Part shown: one piece after another, positions 16,629-26,409 of the stretch
How the letters are laid out: each line of letters starts with the position of its first letter
How positions within the stretch are numbered: the first letter of the stretch is position 1
NCBI GenBank assembly: GCA_965602015.1
Contig: OZ271918.1
Coordinates: 640,001-704,000 of the forward strand
Reading direction: 5' to 3'
DNA length: 64,000 nucleotides
Source: Salinispira sp.
GTDB lineage: Bacteria > Spirochaetota > Spirochaetia > DSM-27196 > Salinispiraceae
Notes under the pieces: generated by a model
What the model saw: the letters and a program-made list of their open reading frames with translations, nothing else
Told to the model about the DNA's origin: nothing
Database searches by the model: none
Translations under genes and position numbers: made by a program

Positions 16629-17882
16629 ATGGGAATGCATGTAACTGAAGTAACTGATGGAATCTTTCGCCTTTCTGCCAATGCCGCACCGAATTCACTA
16701 TTATTCGAGGGCATCTGGCCCATACCCAACGGGGTAAGCATGAACAGCTACATCGTCAAAGGCGAGAAAATTGCAATCGTGGACGGTGTCTGCGGATGGG
16801 ATGGTGTTCCGGAAACCCTTCTCGAGCAGTTCAATCAAATGAATCTTGACCCAAACGATATCGACTACGTTATCGTGAACCATCATGAGCCTGACCATAG
16901 CGGCTGGCTGGAGGCATTCAAACAGGTGAGGCCGAAATTCCAGATTATCACCAGTGTGAAAGGGGAAGCCCTTCTCGAAGCGTTTTACGGTATAGATCAG
17001 GATATCCGGACAGTCAAAACCGGCGACACTCTCGATCTTGGCGATGGAAGGATTTTGGCATTCGCCGATATCCCCAATGTGCACTGGCCTGAGACTATGG
17101 CGACCTTCGATACAAAGAGCGGCACCCTGCTACCCTGTGATGCCTTTGGTTCATTCGGAGCCATCGATGACGCACCATACGATGATCAGTTGAGTCAGGA
17201 ACAGATTGATTTCTTCGAAAATGAGGCTGTAAGATACTACTCAAACATCGTTGCAGCCTTCTGCCTGCCTGTTAATAAAGCAATCAAAACCGTGGAAAGC
17301 CTTCCGGTAAAAATCATAGCTCCCGGCCATGGAATCGTCTGGCGGAAAAACCCTCAAAAAATAATAGACGACTACAAGCGCTATGCCAGCTATGATAAGA
17401 ATCCAGCCAAAGAAGAAGTCACCGTAATCTGGGGTTCAATGTATGGCAACACAGGCAAAACCATAGAGCCCATCGTTGAGGCAATGGAAGCCGAAGGGGT
17501 CAAGGTCCACGTTCATCGAGTTCCTGAAAGCCCTATGGGCGATATTTTAGCTTCGGTGTGGACATCCACGGGAATTGTCCTTGCCATGCCGACCTACGAG
17601 TATAAAATGTTTCCTCCAATGTTCGCAGCTCTGGACGAGCTAGTCAAGAAAAAGGTTAAGAACCGGAAGGCCTTCAGAATGGGTAGTTACGGCTGGTCCG
17701 GTGGCGCTCAGAAAGAACTGGACGAATTGATGACTGCTCATAAAAGCGGATGGGATTTTCTGGAACCTGTGGAGTTTAAAGGCGCACCCAGCGCAGAAGA
17801 TATTGAACTTATCCGCCAGAGGGGCAAAGAACTAGCCGCAGAGGTCAAAAAAATGGTCGCTGAAGCGCCAAAAGTGGTGTAG
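16629..17882 (+). CDS. fprA: FprA family flavodiiron protein
   Basis: NHHEPDHSG, VHWPET, CDAFGSFG, IAPGHG and flavodoxin SMYGNT / GSYGWSGG; AAGGAG RBS favours a start at 16629 or 16635. Confidence 0.9.
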   Translation: MGMHVTEVTDGIFRLSANAAPNSLLFEGIWPIPNGVSMNSYIVKGEKIAIVDGVCGWDGVPETLLEQFNQMNLDPNDIDYVIVNHHEPDHSGWLEAFKQVRPKFQIITSVKGEALLEAFYGIDQDIRTVKTGDTLDLGDGRILAFADIPNVHWPETMATFDTKSGTLLPCDAFGSFGAIDDAPYDDQLSQEQIDFFENEAVRYYSNIVAAFCLPVNKAIKTVESLPVKIIAPGHGIVWRKNPQKIIDDYKRYASYDKNPAKEEVTVIWGSMYGNTGKTIEPIVEAMEAEGVKVHVHRVPESPMGDILASVWTSTGIVLAMPTYEYKMFPPMFAALDELVKKKVKNRKAFRMGSYGWSGGAQKELDELMTAHKSGWDFLEPVEFKGAPSAEDIELIRQRGKELAAEVKKMVAEAPKVV

Positions 17883-17900
17883 CCTCAGGGAATTATTCTC

Positions 17901-18047
17901 ACTGCCCCGAAAACAGCTGATTTTCCATCTGTAGATTATTGTGGTAGAAAGAGAAGGGTAAGTTTCTATAAGATTTGAGTAAAATATCAGCTATTTTTTT
18001 TCTGGTCAGGTAATTAGCGAATTTAAATCAGCTGTTTTGGGGGCACT
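17901..18047. mobile_element. MITE/REPIN-like unit, 147 bp
   Basis: ACTGCCCCGAAAACAGCTGATTT ... AAATCAGCTGTTTTGGGGGCACT; same termini as the 12074-13323 element; AT-rich non-coding interior. Confidence 0.85.
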
Positions 18048-18055
18048 TCAAACAG

Positions 18056-18082
18056 AAAACCGCCGTTTCGACGGCGGTTTTT
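18056..18082 (+). terminator. Rho-independent terminator after fprA (possibly bidirectional)
   Basis: AAAACCGCCGT-TTCG-ACGGCGGTTTTT. Confidence 0.85.
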
Positions 18083-18137
18083 ATGTCGACACATGACCTG
18101 AACTGATTGCCGGGGATATGTCGATGGAGGAGTCTTC

Positions 18138-19010
18138 GTGGTTTGGGAGAACGAACTCATAGACTGGAGAAAGCGTCGGGAAGATGAGCTCCGAGCTCCT
18201 TTTTCCTGGCTGAGTCTTTCGGCATTGATTTGGCTCGACGATAAGGCCTCGGTGCTCGGTGGTGCCGGAGCGTCACTGTCTCCCTGGCGCAGACTGCCTC
18301 GGTTTGGTTGTTTGGAACCTCGCAGCAGTGAGGGTCACTGGCAATTTCATCCCGAGCCGGATTTATCGTTTCGTTCCTGGAACCCGGTCTTACCCGGAAC
18401 TCAAACCGAATCATCCAAGGACAGCAAGCTCACGCTTCTTTCCGATGACCGGAACGGAGCTGCGACTCTGCTCGAGGTTCATGACCTGCGGATGTGTATA
18501 ATTCGCAGGCGTTTAGCCGGTGAACCGAGGCAGGCGCTTCGGGTCTGGGATTCCAGGAGTCCTCGAAGAACCGAGCAGTCTATTGAATGGTTTGAAGCTG
18601 ATGAACGCTGGCGAAAACCCGGCCGATTTATATCCGAAATAAAAAACATTGAAGTTCCCGATGCCCTGGGTTCCACAGAGTTTGCAAAATCTGTGGGTTC
18701 TGTGACCTTTGACCACGCTGACCGGACGTTTTCACTGGTATGTATGGACGGTGGTAATGACGGCCTGTTTATAATTTTCCGCGATGTGCTTTCTAATTCT
18801 GGAGGGCAGGGAGGGGTCTACCCCTCAGCTCGCTATCTTACTGTCGAAAAGCCTGGCGATGACGGCATGGTAGAACTTGATTTTAACAGGGCTGTTAGTC
18901 CGCCCTGTGCCTATAGTAGTTTTGCGACCTGTCCCTTCGCTCCCGACGGAAATCACATGGATATTACCGTTCCCGCCGGCGAGCGCTGGGTTAAAAACGT
19001 CGAGCGCTAA
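18138..19010 (+). CDS. DUF1684 family protein
   Basis: SWLSLSAL N-terminus, LFIIFRD, YPSARYL and LDFNRAVSPPCAYSSFATCP; GGAGG RBS. Confidence 0.85.
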   Translation: MVWENELIDWRKRREDELRAPFSWLSLSALIWLDDKASVLGGAGASLSPWRRLPRFGCLEPRSSEGHWQFHPEPDLSFRSWNPVLPGTQTESSKDSKLTLLSDDRNGAATLLEVHDLRMCIIRRRLAGEPRQALRVWDSRSPRRTEQSIEWFEADERWRKPGRFISEIKNIEVPDALGSTEFAKSVGSVTFDHADRTFSLVCMDGGNDGLFIIFRDVLSNSGGQGGVYPSARYLTVEKPGDDGMVELDFNRAVSPPCAYSSFATCPFAPDGNHMDITVPAGERWVKNVER

Positions 19011-19974
19011 ATCCATCCTCGATCATCAGTTCTATCAAACTATCCGGTCCTACAAGGTGAGCGCTTCCAACAACCACGAAAAAAGTATCCTGGCTGCGCT
19101 GACTGAGAAGGGAATTCAGGGTATCTATCCAGTCTATATTTCGATCGACAAGCAAGCGGGAGAAGTACTCCTGGCCGGCATCGCTCTCGAAGTATTCAGC
19201 AAGAAGTAAATCTTCCAATGCCGCCACATCACCGGCAACCCAAATTTCTATGAGATCGGAAATATACTCGCTGATAGAATCGAATTCCCTGATACTGTCT
19301 TCCAAAGACCATAATTGGGCTTCCATTGAGAAGGAGTTGAGCATTTCCAATTGTCCGACTGCGGTTTCAAAGGCGAGTGTCTCAATCCCCGCTTCCATCG
19401 CCCTGGTGGCAAAGTGAATATCTACTCCCAGGGATGGGTCCAAGTTGGCTTCGAAAGTGGATATGGTAGCAAGGGTATTGGCAATAACCCAGGGCTGCAG
19501 GTTTCGTATGCCGTTGTAATCTATCCCGTAGCTTTGAAAAATCTCCCGCAGGGTCAGTGAATCTTCCGGAGTCAGGTAATCTTCAATATCTTCGCCGTCC
19601 GCAAGGGTTGAGTTTTGATTGATAAATGCCTGTACTTCGGCAATATCAACATTGATGATATCCGCTTCGACGATCAGGGCGTCGGCCATGCTAAACTTCT
19701 CATATATTCGCTGATCAAGGGGATACAAGAGCTCTCCCCCCAGATGAACCGAGCCCAAAACAAAAACCGAAGATTCGTCCCGGGTCATTTCCCATAAAAA
19801 CAGCTCGCCGTCTGCCCGTCCAGGATAATCGGGTGCCTGCGACCTCTGTGGGGGGGGAAGGATGTCACTGGTCTGCATTCCTGGGTCTTGGATTGACGGT
19901 GGGGGGCTTGCACAGCCGGCAATCACAGCAATCATTATTGTAAGGAGAGAGAAGTTTCGAATGATTATTTTCAT
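18991..19974 (-). CDS. TraB/GumN family lipoprotein
   Basis: Signal peptide with IAGC lipobox; VLGSVH, GVD, FETAVGQ, DRNIDW and VVGSAHL motifs. Confidence 0.88.
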   Translation of the reverse strand: MKIIIRNFSLLTIMIAVIAGCASPPPSIQDPGMQTSDILPPPQRSQAPDYPGRADGELFLWEMTRDESSVFVLGSVHLGGELLYPLDQRIYEKFSMADALIVEADIINVDIAEVQAFINQNSTLADGEDIEDYLTPEDSLTLREIFQSYGIDYNGIRNLQPWVIANTLATISTFEANLDPSLGVDIHFATRAMEAGIETLAFETAVGQLEMLNSFSMEAQLWSLEDSIREFDSISEYISDLIEIWVAGDVAALEDLLLAEYFESDAGQEYFSRLLVDRNIDWIDTLNSLLSQRSQDTFFVVVGSAHLVGPDSLIELMIEDGFSARRF

Positions 19975-19995
19975 TATTGCCTCCCGGTCATGAGT

Positions 19996-21396
19996 TTAGA
20001 AATCGGCGTTTCTTGGTGTTCTGGGGAATGGAATGACGTCTCGAATGTTCTGCATTCCTGTAACATACTGGATGAGGCGTTCGAAGCCCAACCCGAATCC
20101 CGAGTGCGGCACTGTGCCGTATCGGCGAAGATCGAGGTACCACCAGTAGTCGTCGGGATTTAATCCGTTCTCCCGTATGCGGCGGGTCAGGACTTCGAGG
20201 TTTTCTTCACGCTGGCTGCCGCCGATTATCTCGCCGAGCCGGGGTACCAGAACGTCCATGCCCCTGACGGTTTTTTCATCGTCGTTGAGCTTCATGTAAA
20301 AGGCTTTGATATCTTTCGGATAGTCGGTGACGATGACCGGGCCCTTGAAAACCTCTTCAGTGAGGAACTTTTCGTGTTCGCTTTGGAGATCAACACCCCA
20401 GGAAACCGGGTACTCGAACTGTTTTCCGGACTTTTCCAGTTCGGAAACCGCTTCGCTGTATGTGAGCCGCTGAAACCGGCTTTCGGCGACGCTCCGCAGC
20501 TGGTCGATAATGCCTTTTTGAATCCGCAGATCAAAAAATTCCATATCATCAGCGGCAGTTTCGAGGACTGTGTTGAGGATGTACTTCAGGAAGGACTCCG
20601 CCCAGTCCATATTTTGATGAATGTCGCAGAAAGAGATTTCCGGTTCAATCATCCAGAATTCAGCGAGGTGACGGGTTGTATTGGAGTTCTCAGCCCGGAA
20701 GGTCGGGCCAAAGGTGTAGACCCGGTCCATGGCAGTGGCGTAAATTTCCGCATTGAGCTGCCCGCTGACGGTGAGGTAGGACCGTCGACCGAAGAAATCC
20801 CGTCCGTAATCAATACCCTGCTTGAATTTTTCCGGGGAGGTTTTAGCGATGCCCTCCAGATCGAGGGTAGTTACCTGGAACATCTCGCCGGCGCCTTCGG
20901 CGTCGCTTGCAGTAATAATCGGCGTATGCACCCACAGGAAACCGTTATCCTGGTAAAACTGATGGACTGCCTGAGACATGACGTTCCTCACGCGGGCGAC
21001 GGCGCCGAAGGTGTTGGTTCGGGGGCGGAGGTGGGCGATCTCCCGAAGGTACTCGAAGGAGTGACGTTTTTTTTGCATGGGATAGGTTTCCGGATCGGCG
21101 CTGCCGATCAGACGCAAGACACTGCAGTGCATCTCGACTTTCTGTTTCTTTCCAGGGCTCTCCACCAGTTTGCCCTCTATCTCCACACTTGCGCCGTTCT
21201 GTAACGCGCTGAGATCCTGCTCGCCGAAGCGGTCCTTGTCCAGAATGACCTGAAGGTTTTTCATGCTTGAACCATCGTTAACTTCGAAAAACACGATATT
21301 TTTCGAATCTCTGGCGGTGCGAACCCAGCCCTTGCAAAGAACCGCACTATCTGTGGGGTCCATCTCCAATAATTCCCGTACGCGAAATCGTTCCAT
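19996..21396 (-). CDS. asnS: Asparagine--tRNA ligase
   Basis: [42 protein letters not shown] and GFGLGFER. Confidence 0.96.
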   Translation of the reverse strand: MERFRVRELLEMDPTDSAVLCKGWVRTARDSKNIVFFEVNDGSSMKNLQVILDKDRFGEQDLSALQNGASVEIEGKLVESPGKKQKVEMHCSVLRLIGSADPETYPMQKKRHSFEYLREIAHLRPRTNTFGAVARVRNVMSQAVHQFYQDNGFLWVHTPIITASDAEGAGEMFQVTTLDLEGIAKTSPEKFKQGIDYGRDFFGRRSYLTVSGQLNAEIYATAMDRVYTFGPTFRAENSNTTRHLAEFWMIEPEISFCDIHQNMDWAESFLKYILNTVLETAADDMEFFDLRIQKGIIDQLRSVAESRFQRLTYSEAVSELEKSGKQFEYPVSWGVDLQSEHEKFLTEEVFKGPVIVTDYPKDIKAFYMKLNDDEKTVRGMDVLVPRLGEIIGGSQREENLEVLTRRIRENGLNPDDYWWYLDLRRYGTVPHSGFGLGFERLIQYVTGMQNIRDVIPFPRTPRNADF

Positions 21397-21539
21397 AAGG
21401 ATCGAGAGTATCAGCAGTCTGTAAAACGGTCAATCAGGGCTCGGGAAATGCAGCGGAGGCTTGCTTGCACGCCGGCAAAAGGGATAGTATATGCAACGCA
21501 TTTTTTCGACTATTCCCGAGCATATATACAGGATTTATC

Positions 21540-22607
21540 ATGGAACAAACCAGCGACTTACGAATACAATCGGCCCAGCCCCTGACGACCCCTCGGGAAC
21601 TCTTAAATGAACTTCCCGCCGGTGAAGACAGCATACAGACAGTCGTCCGGGGTCGGCATAGTGTGGAAAACATTATTAGCGGGCAGGACCATAGGCTACT
21701 CGCCATCGTCGGACCCTGCTCTATACACGATCCGGAAATGGGTCTTGAATACGCGGAAAAACTTAAAGTTCTGGCCGAAGAAGTGGCGGATCAGATCTAT
21801 ATAGTAATGAGGGTCTATTTCGAAAAGCCCCGCACGAAACTTGGATGGCGGGGCCTGATTCTCGACCCGCACCTCAACGGAAGCAATGATATTCAGGAAG
21901 GGCTTCGCATAGCACGAAAGCTGCTCTTGGATATCACCGCAATGGGCCTTCCTGCGGGATCGGAAATGCTCGATCCGGTTGTTCCCCAATATATCGATGA
22001 TCTACTCAGTTGGGGGGCGATCGGAGCCCGTACCACAGAAAGCCAGACCCACCGTGAAATGTCCAGCGGTCTGTCCATGCCGATTGGTTTCAAAAACGGA
22101 ACCGACGGCTCGGTGGACAATGCGCTAAACGCTCTGACCAGCAGTCGACACGGCCATTCGTTTATCGGGATCGATCTCGAGGGAAAGACCTGCGTGCTCC
22201 ATACCACGGGAAATGACATGGGACATCTCATCCTCCGCGGGGGAAAGAACGGGCCGAACTACTACCGGGATCACGTGGAGAAAGCGGGCAATGCCCTGCG
22301 GGCAGCCGGATTGCACGACAGAATCATGATTGATTGCAGTCATGCCAATAGCGGTAAAAATCACCAGCGTCAGCACATCGTTCTGGAAGATATTCTCCGT
22401 CAGCGGCTCAGCGGTGTCAAAGAAATCATGGGCTTTATGCTCGAGAGCAACCATCATCCGGGAAATCAGGCCATTCCCGAGGATATCGGCCAGTTAAAAT
22501 ACGGGGTGAGCATCACCGACGCGTGCATTGGCTGGGATGAAACCGCAGAGCTGCTCAAACGAAGCCATGACATGCTGGCCCGGGGTATGGACAGGCTGAG
22601 GGCCTAA
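21540..22607 (+). CDS. DAHP synthase, class I-alpha (AroF/G/H type)
   Basis: GPCSIHD, RVYFEKPRT, IGARTTESQTHRE, GFKNGT, DCSHANS and SITDAC; ATG 21540 preferred over the longer ORF. Confidence 0.93.
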   Translation: MEQTSDLRIQSAQPLTTPRELLNELPAGEDSIQTVVRGRHSVENIISGQDHRLLAIVGPCSIHDPEMGLEYAEKLKVLAEEVADQIYIVMRVYFEKPRTKLGWRGLILDPHLNGSNDIQEGLRIARKLLLDITAMGLPAGSEMLDPVVPQYIDDLLSWGAIGARTTESQTHREMSSGLSMPIGFKNGTDGSVDNALNALTSSRHGHSFIGIDLEGKTCVLHTTGNDMGHLILRGGKNGPNYYRDHVEKAGNALRAAGLHDRIMIDCSHANSGKNHQRQHIVLEDILRQRLSGVKEIMGFMLESNHHPGNQAIPEDIGQLKYGVSITDACIGWDETAELLKRSHDMLARGMDRLRA

Positions 22608-23671
22608 TCCTGCCCGGGGCTCCATCGTCCGTCGTCCAGATCGAAGAAATACTCCTCATCGCTCAATGACTCTTTCGTTTCCTCAACGGGCGAGGGAGGC
22701 GTAATTCCGCCACCCTGATAGCCGCTGTCTTTTTCTATTCGCTCAATCTGCTCCTCGAGATCGTTAAGAAACTCTTCCCAATACTCGCTGCTTCCGAAAC
22801 CGGGAAAACTGCGCTGAATTGCCGGATCGTCTCGTCGACGGGCAATCCATCCATTATAGGCAATGTAACGGAGAGCCCTTAAAAGCTCCCGAAAGCGGAT
22901 ACTCTCCATGGGGAAGTCGGCAAAACGCTGATAGCCCGAAAGAAATGCGCTGGTTTTTCGTTCCTGCTCATCGGGGCTGTCGGACACCACCATCCACATG
23001 TCCTGCAGCACCGGTCCGGACATCGAATCGTCAAAGTCGAGAAAAAACAGCCCATTTGAGCCGAGAAGCATGTTGCCGGTGTGACAGTCACCGTGAATCA
23101 TCTGATACCTGGTTGCGGCGTAGAGATTATCTGCGGACTTCCCAAGGTACTCCGACATGTCCGCATAGCGGCGGGCCTGCGCCGGAGGTAAAAGACATTC
23201 CTCTTCGATATACCGCCGGTGGCGTTCCACCATATACTCCCGGTCCATCTGCGGGCGGTGATTTAGAGCCAGGTCTTTGGCTGCCAGGTGAATTCGTCCC
23301 AAGTAGCCCCCTATTCGCGAGAGAATCGAGTCGGAAAACTCATCGATGAGTCTGCCGCCTGTTCGGGGCCAGAGAGCGAAGTGCATGCCCTGCATCTCAA
23401 AGAGGCTCTCTCCGTCCCGGGATATTGGGGCACATACCGGAATCTCCTGATCGGCGAGGTGAAAAAGAAAGCGGTGTTCGTCAAGGATGGCATCTCGGCT
23501 CCAGCGTTCGGGCCGATAAAATTTTGCAACCAGATGATTGCCGTCCTCCAGCTTTAGGTCGAAAACCCGATTCTCCAGACTATTTAACTGCTGGAGATGA
23601 CCGCTGCATTCAAAACCCACGGATTCCGCCGCATTAAAAATTGTCTGTGGATCGAGGCTGTAAAAATCCAT
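22604..23671 (-). CDS. srkA: SrkA/RdoA-type stress response kinase
   Basis: LNSLENRV, KFYRPERWS, IHGDCHTGN, LDFDD and LQDMW. Confidence 0.85.
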   Translation of the reverse strand: MDFYSLDPQTIFNAAESVGFECSGHLQQLNSLENRVFDLKLEDGNHLVAKFYRPERWSRDAILDEHRFLFHLADQEIPVCAPISRDGESLFEMQGMHFALWPRTGGRLIDEFSDSILSRIGGYLGRIHLAAKDLALNHRPQMDREYMVERHRRYIEEECLLPPAQARRYADMSEYLGKSADNLYAATRYQMIHGDCHTGNMLLGSNGLFFLDFDDSMSGPVLQDMWMVVSDSPDEQERKTSAFLSGYQRFADFPMESIRFRELLRALRYIAYNGWIARRRDDPAIQRSFPGFGSSEYWEEFLNDLEEQIERIEKDSGYQGGGITPPSPVEETKESLSDEEYFFDLDDGRWSPGQD

Positions 23672-23742
23672 GGCGGCTCCCGGTTGCTGTGAATGCCTGC
23701 TTCAATGGGCAAGGTTAGGCCGGGTCAGTATAATAAATATTG

Positions 23743-23890
23743 ACTGCCCCGAAAACAGCTGATTTTGTGGCGGTAACTCCTTATGTGGTAAATTACTAAT
23801 CGGGTTCTTTCAATAGGGTTGGATTGATGACCGGCAAATCCTAATCAGTGAACGGTTTGGATGCTTTAAATCAGCTGTTTTCGGGGCACT
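23743..23890. mobile_element. MITE/REPIN-like unit, 148 bp
   Basis: ACTGCCCCGAAAACAGCTGATTT ... AAATCAGCTGTTTTCGGGGCACT, a perfect 21-bp inverted repeat; lies between divergent srkA and folB. Confidence 0.85.
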
Positions 23891-23917
23891 GCCTATAAGC
23901 CGCCAACGGGAGGAAAA

Positions 23918-24262
23918 ATGGAAATCGGATTTGAAGGCTTGCGGATTCCCTGCGTTGTCGGGGTACTCGATCATGAACGTCAACGGGAACAGGTCATTGA
24001 AGCTGACCTGATGGTGCAGATCGATGTACAGGAAGCTGTAATGACCGATGATATTAGCCTGACCATCGGCTATGACATCCTGGCCGACCTCCTCATTAAC
24101 CATTCACGAGAGGGAAAATTTTTACTGCTTGAAACTCTTGTCACCGAGTTCAGGAATGTTCTCGGGGAAAAGTATCCGCAGATTTCCGGTGGCAGCATCA
24201 CGGTTCGCAAACCCGGTGCTCTTCCCCTTGCCGCTGCTGCTGTGGTCCGGCTGCGTTGGTAG
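23918..24262 (+). CDS. folB: Dihydroneopterin aldolase
   Basis: VGVLDHER..Q, DDISLTIGY, LLETL and VRKP motifs; GGAGG RBS. Confidence 0.85.
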   Translation: MEIGFEGLRIPCVVGVLDHERQREQVIEADLMVQIDVQEAVMTDDISLTIGYDILADLLINHSREGKFLLLETLVTEFRNVLGEKYPQISGGSITVRKPGALPLAAAAVVRLRW

Positions 24263-24324
24263 GGGAAATACAAGCTTGAACTTTCGGTATGCAGGGTCTA
24301 TAATCCACTAGAAACCAGAAATGA

Positions 24325-24504
<180 letters not shown>

Positions 24505-24696
24505 TCGCCCGAAATTTCGCAATATACAGCGCCCGAATAAGAGGATTGCTCCTCTGAACCCGGGCGCTTTTTTATTCTACGAGCTTGAAACTCCCCGCGC
24601 TTTCTGCTACAAATCTATTCCCTGTAAAAAATATGGTTGCACCCTTTACGCGATTTCTGTTTAGGTGTAGCCTTTGTACGATTTCAAGGAGAAATT

Positions 24697-24867
24697 ATGG
24701 CTGGAAATATTTCTAAAAACGCCCGCCGAGAAGGCGCTCAGGAACTCATGAGCCGCTGGGGCGGAAAAATTATTATGAAGTCGGTGTTTGAAAAAGGCCG
24801 GATGCGTCATTTCGCAGTCTGCGAAAAGACCGGCAATCAGGCCCGAAAACCCAAGGATCTTATGTAA
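24697..24867 (+). CDS. Small basic hypothetical protein, 56 aa
   Basis: AAGGAG RBS before ATG 24697; MAGNISKNARREGAQELMSRWGGKIIMKSVFEKGRMRHFAVCEKTGNQARKPKDLM. Confidence 0.7.
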   Translation: MAGNISKNARREGAQELMSRWGGKIIMKSVFEKGRMRHFAVCEKTGNQARKPKDLM

Positions 24868-24956
24868 TTCATGCCGCCGAGTCCCCGGTATGCGGGGACG
24901 AGGCCTATGGGTCTCTTTCATTCGGGACCGCCTTTCCCATTTGTCAGGAGCTGTCA

Positions 24957-25478
24957 TTGATACTATCCGGTTTAGAAATCCAAAAACGGTTGGGCTCCGA
25001 CATCATCATCGATCCCTTCACTCCCGATCAACTCAACCCCAATTCCTATAATCTTCGCCTTCATCAGGATCTTCTGGTTTACGATGAACCGGTGCTCGAT
25101 ATGAAAAAGGCAAACGCCGCCAGTTCCTTAAGCATTCCCGAGGAAGGGCTCTTGCTGGAGTCAAACCGGCTGTACCTCGGAAGAACACTCGAGCACACCC
25201 GCACGGAAAACCTGGTTCCCATGCTTGAGGGCCGTTCCTCCATCGGCCGTCTGGGTCTTTTTGTCCACATCACCGCTGGTTTCGGCGATGTGGGATTTAA
25301 CGGATTTTGGACCCTCGAGATTTTCTGCGTTCAGCCCATCCGGGTGTATGCCGGGGTCGAGATTTGTCAAATATTTTATCACAGTCTTGAAGGGGAGCAT
25401 GCCAGCTACTCAAGCGGCAAATATCAGAATAACAAGGGCATTCAACCCTCCATGCTGTACAGAGATTTCGAGAAGTAA
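24957..25478 (+). CDS. dcd: dCTP deaminase
   Basis: QLNPNSYNLRL, EGRSSIGRLG, TAGFGDVGF, TLEI and GKYQ. Confidence 0.92.
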   Translation: MILSGLEIQKRLGSDIIIDPFTPDQLNPNSYNLRLHQDLLVYDEPVLDMKKANAASSLSIPEEGLLLESNRLYLGRTLEHTRTENLVPMLEGRSSIGRLGLFVHITAGFGDVGFNGFWTLEIFCVQPIRVYAGVEICQIFYHSLEGEHASYSSGKYQNNKGIQPSMLYRDFEK

Positions 25479-25578
25479 CGGCAGTATTCCCTTTGTGTTT
25501 TACTTCATAATATTGGGATGCGCCTGCAATTAATGCGAAAATTTAGTTATTATGTAAAAATAAAAAGGAACACCAAAT

Positions 25579-26409
25579 ATGGAAGTACAGGGACAGGTGG
25601 AGACATCCTCTCCAAAGCAGACAGCCCCTATTAAACCTCATCACGAATCGAGCAGGATTATTTTCGTAAATCCTGAGGAATGGGTTGTAGAAAATTTTCT
25701 CGGACTGCTTATCCGACTGGAATACAAGGCTGTAAGCCTCTATGATGCGTCTCAACTCGGCGATGCGGTGAAGGCATTCCCCCACAGTGTTCTTTTTTTC
25801 AACATCGATAAAAATCCCGAGGGAGGGACCTGGTTCGCGGCAGTTAAAGAGAAGCAGGATCTTTTCCGGGAGCTGCGAAGCCTCCCGGTGTTTATCGGCA
25901 AGGATACCCGGGAAAAAATCAAGTCCCGGGTTGAACTGGACATCCCCTTCGACGGATTTGATATGGGCAAGAGTCCGAAACAGGTTTTTCTTCTTATGCA
26001 GGCTCTGATTCAGCAATGGTATGACAAGGGCAAGCGGCAATATATTCGGGTTCGCTGCCCATCCAACGGCCGTTCTCGTTTCAATTTGAGAAGCGACGGC
26101 GATATGTATCAGGGTACTATTTTGGATATCAGTTCGGCGGGCATGGCCTGTGAATTCGACGGCGGCTCAGCCCCGCCGCGTTTGCGCAAGGGCAGCGTCC
26201 TTGCAAAAATTCAGCTTAAGCTCAACTCCCGTCTCATCCTAGTAGACGGTGTGGTTATGGGGTCCCGAGCTGGGGGAAGCGGTCAGGGTGAGAATCTCTG
26301 GGTAATCATGTTTCGCAATCACGAAGACAGCGGAGCGGTACAGAAAATAAAAGATTTTGTCAGGGAACAGCTGCAGCTTGAGTTTAATGAGCGGCTGAAA
26401 TACGCTTAG
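25579..26409 (+). CDS. PilZ domain-containing protein
   Basis: RQYIR (RxxxR) and DISSAG (DxSxxG) c-di-GMP-binding motifs in the C-terminal half. Confidence 0.8.
   Translation: MEVQGQVETSSPKQTAPIKPHHESSRIIFVNPEEWVVENFLGLLIRLEYKAVSLYDASQLGDAVKAFPHSVLFFNIDKNPEGGTWFAAVKEKQDLFRELRSLPVFIGKDTREKIKSRVELDIPFDGFDMGKSPKQVFLLMQALIQQWYDKGKRQYIRVRCPSNGRSRFNLRSDGDMYQGTILDISSAGMACEFDGGSAPPRLRKGSVLAKIQLKLNSRLILVDGVVMGSRAGGSGQGENLWVIMFRNHEDSGAVQKIKDFVREQLQLEFNERLKYA

Noticed and set aside
20374..21204. 276-aa + strand ORF
   Set aside because: Antisense shadow of asnS.
12074..23890. Dispersed ~21-bp repeats as a CRISPR array
   Set aside because: The copies are inverted pairs kilobases apart, not direct repeats with regular spacers, and there are no cas genes.
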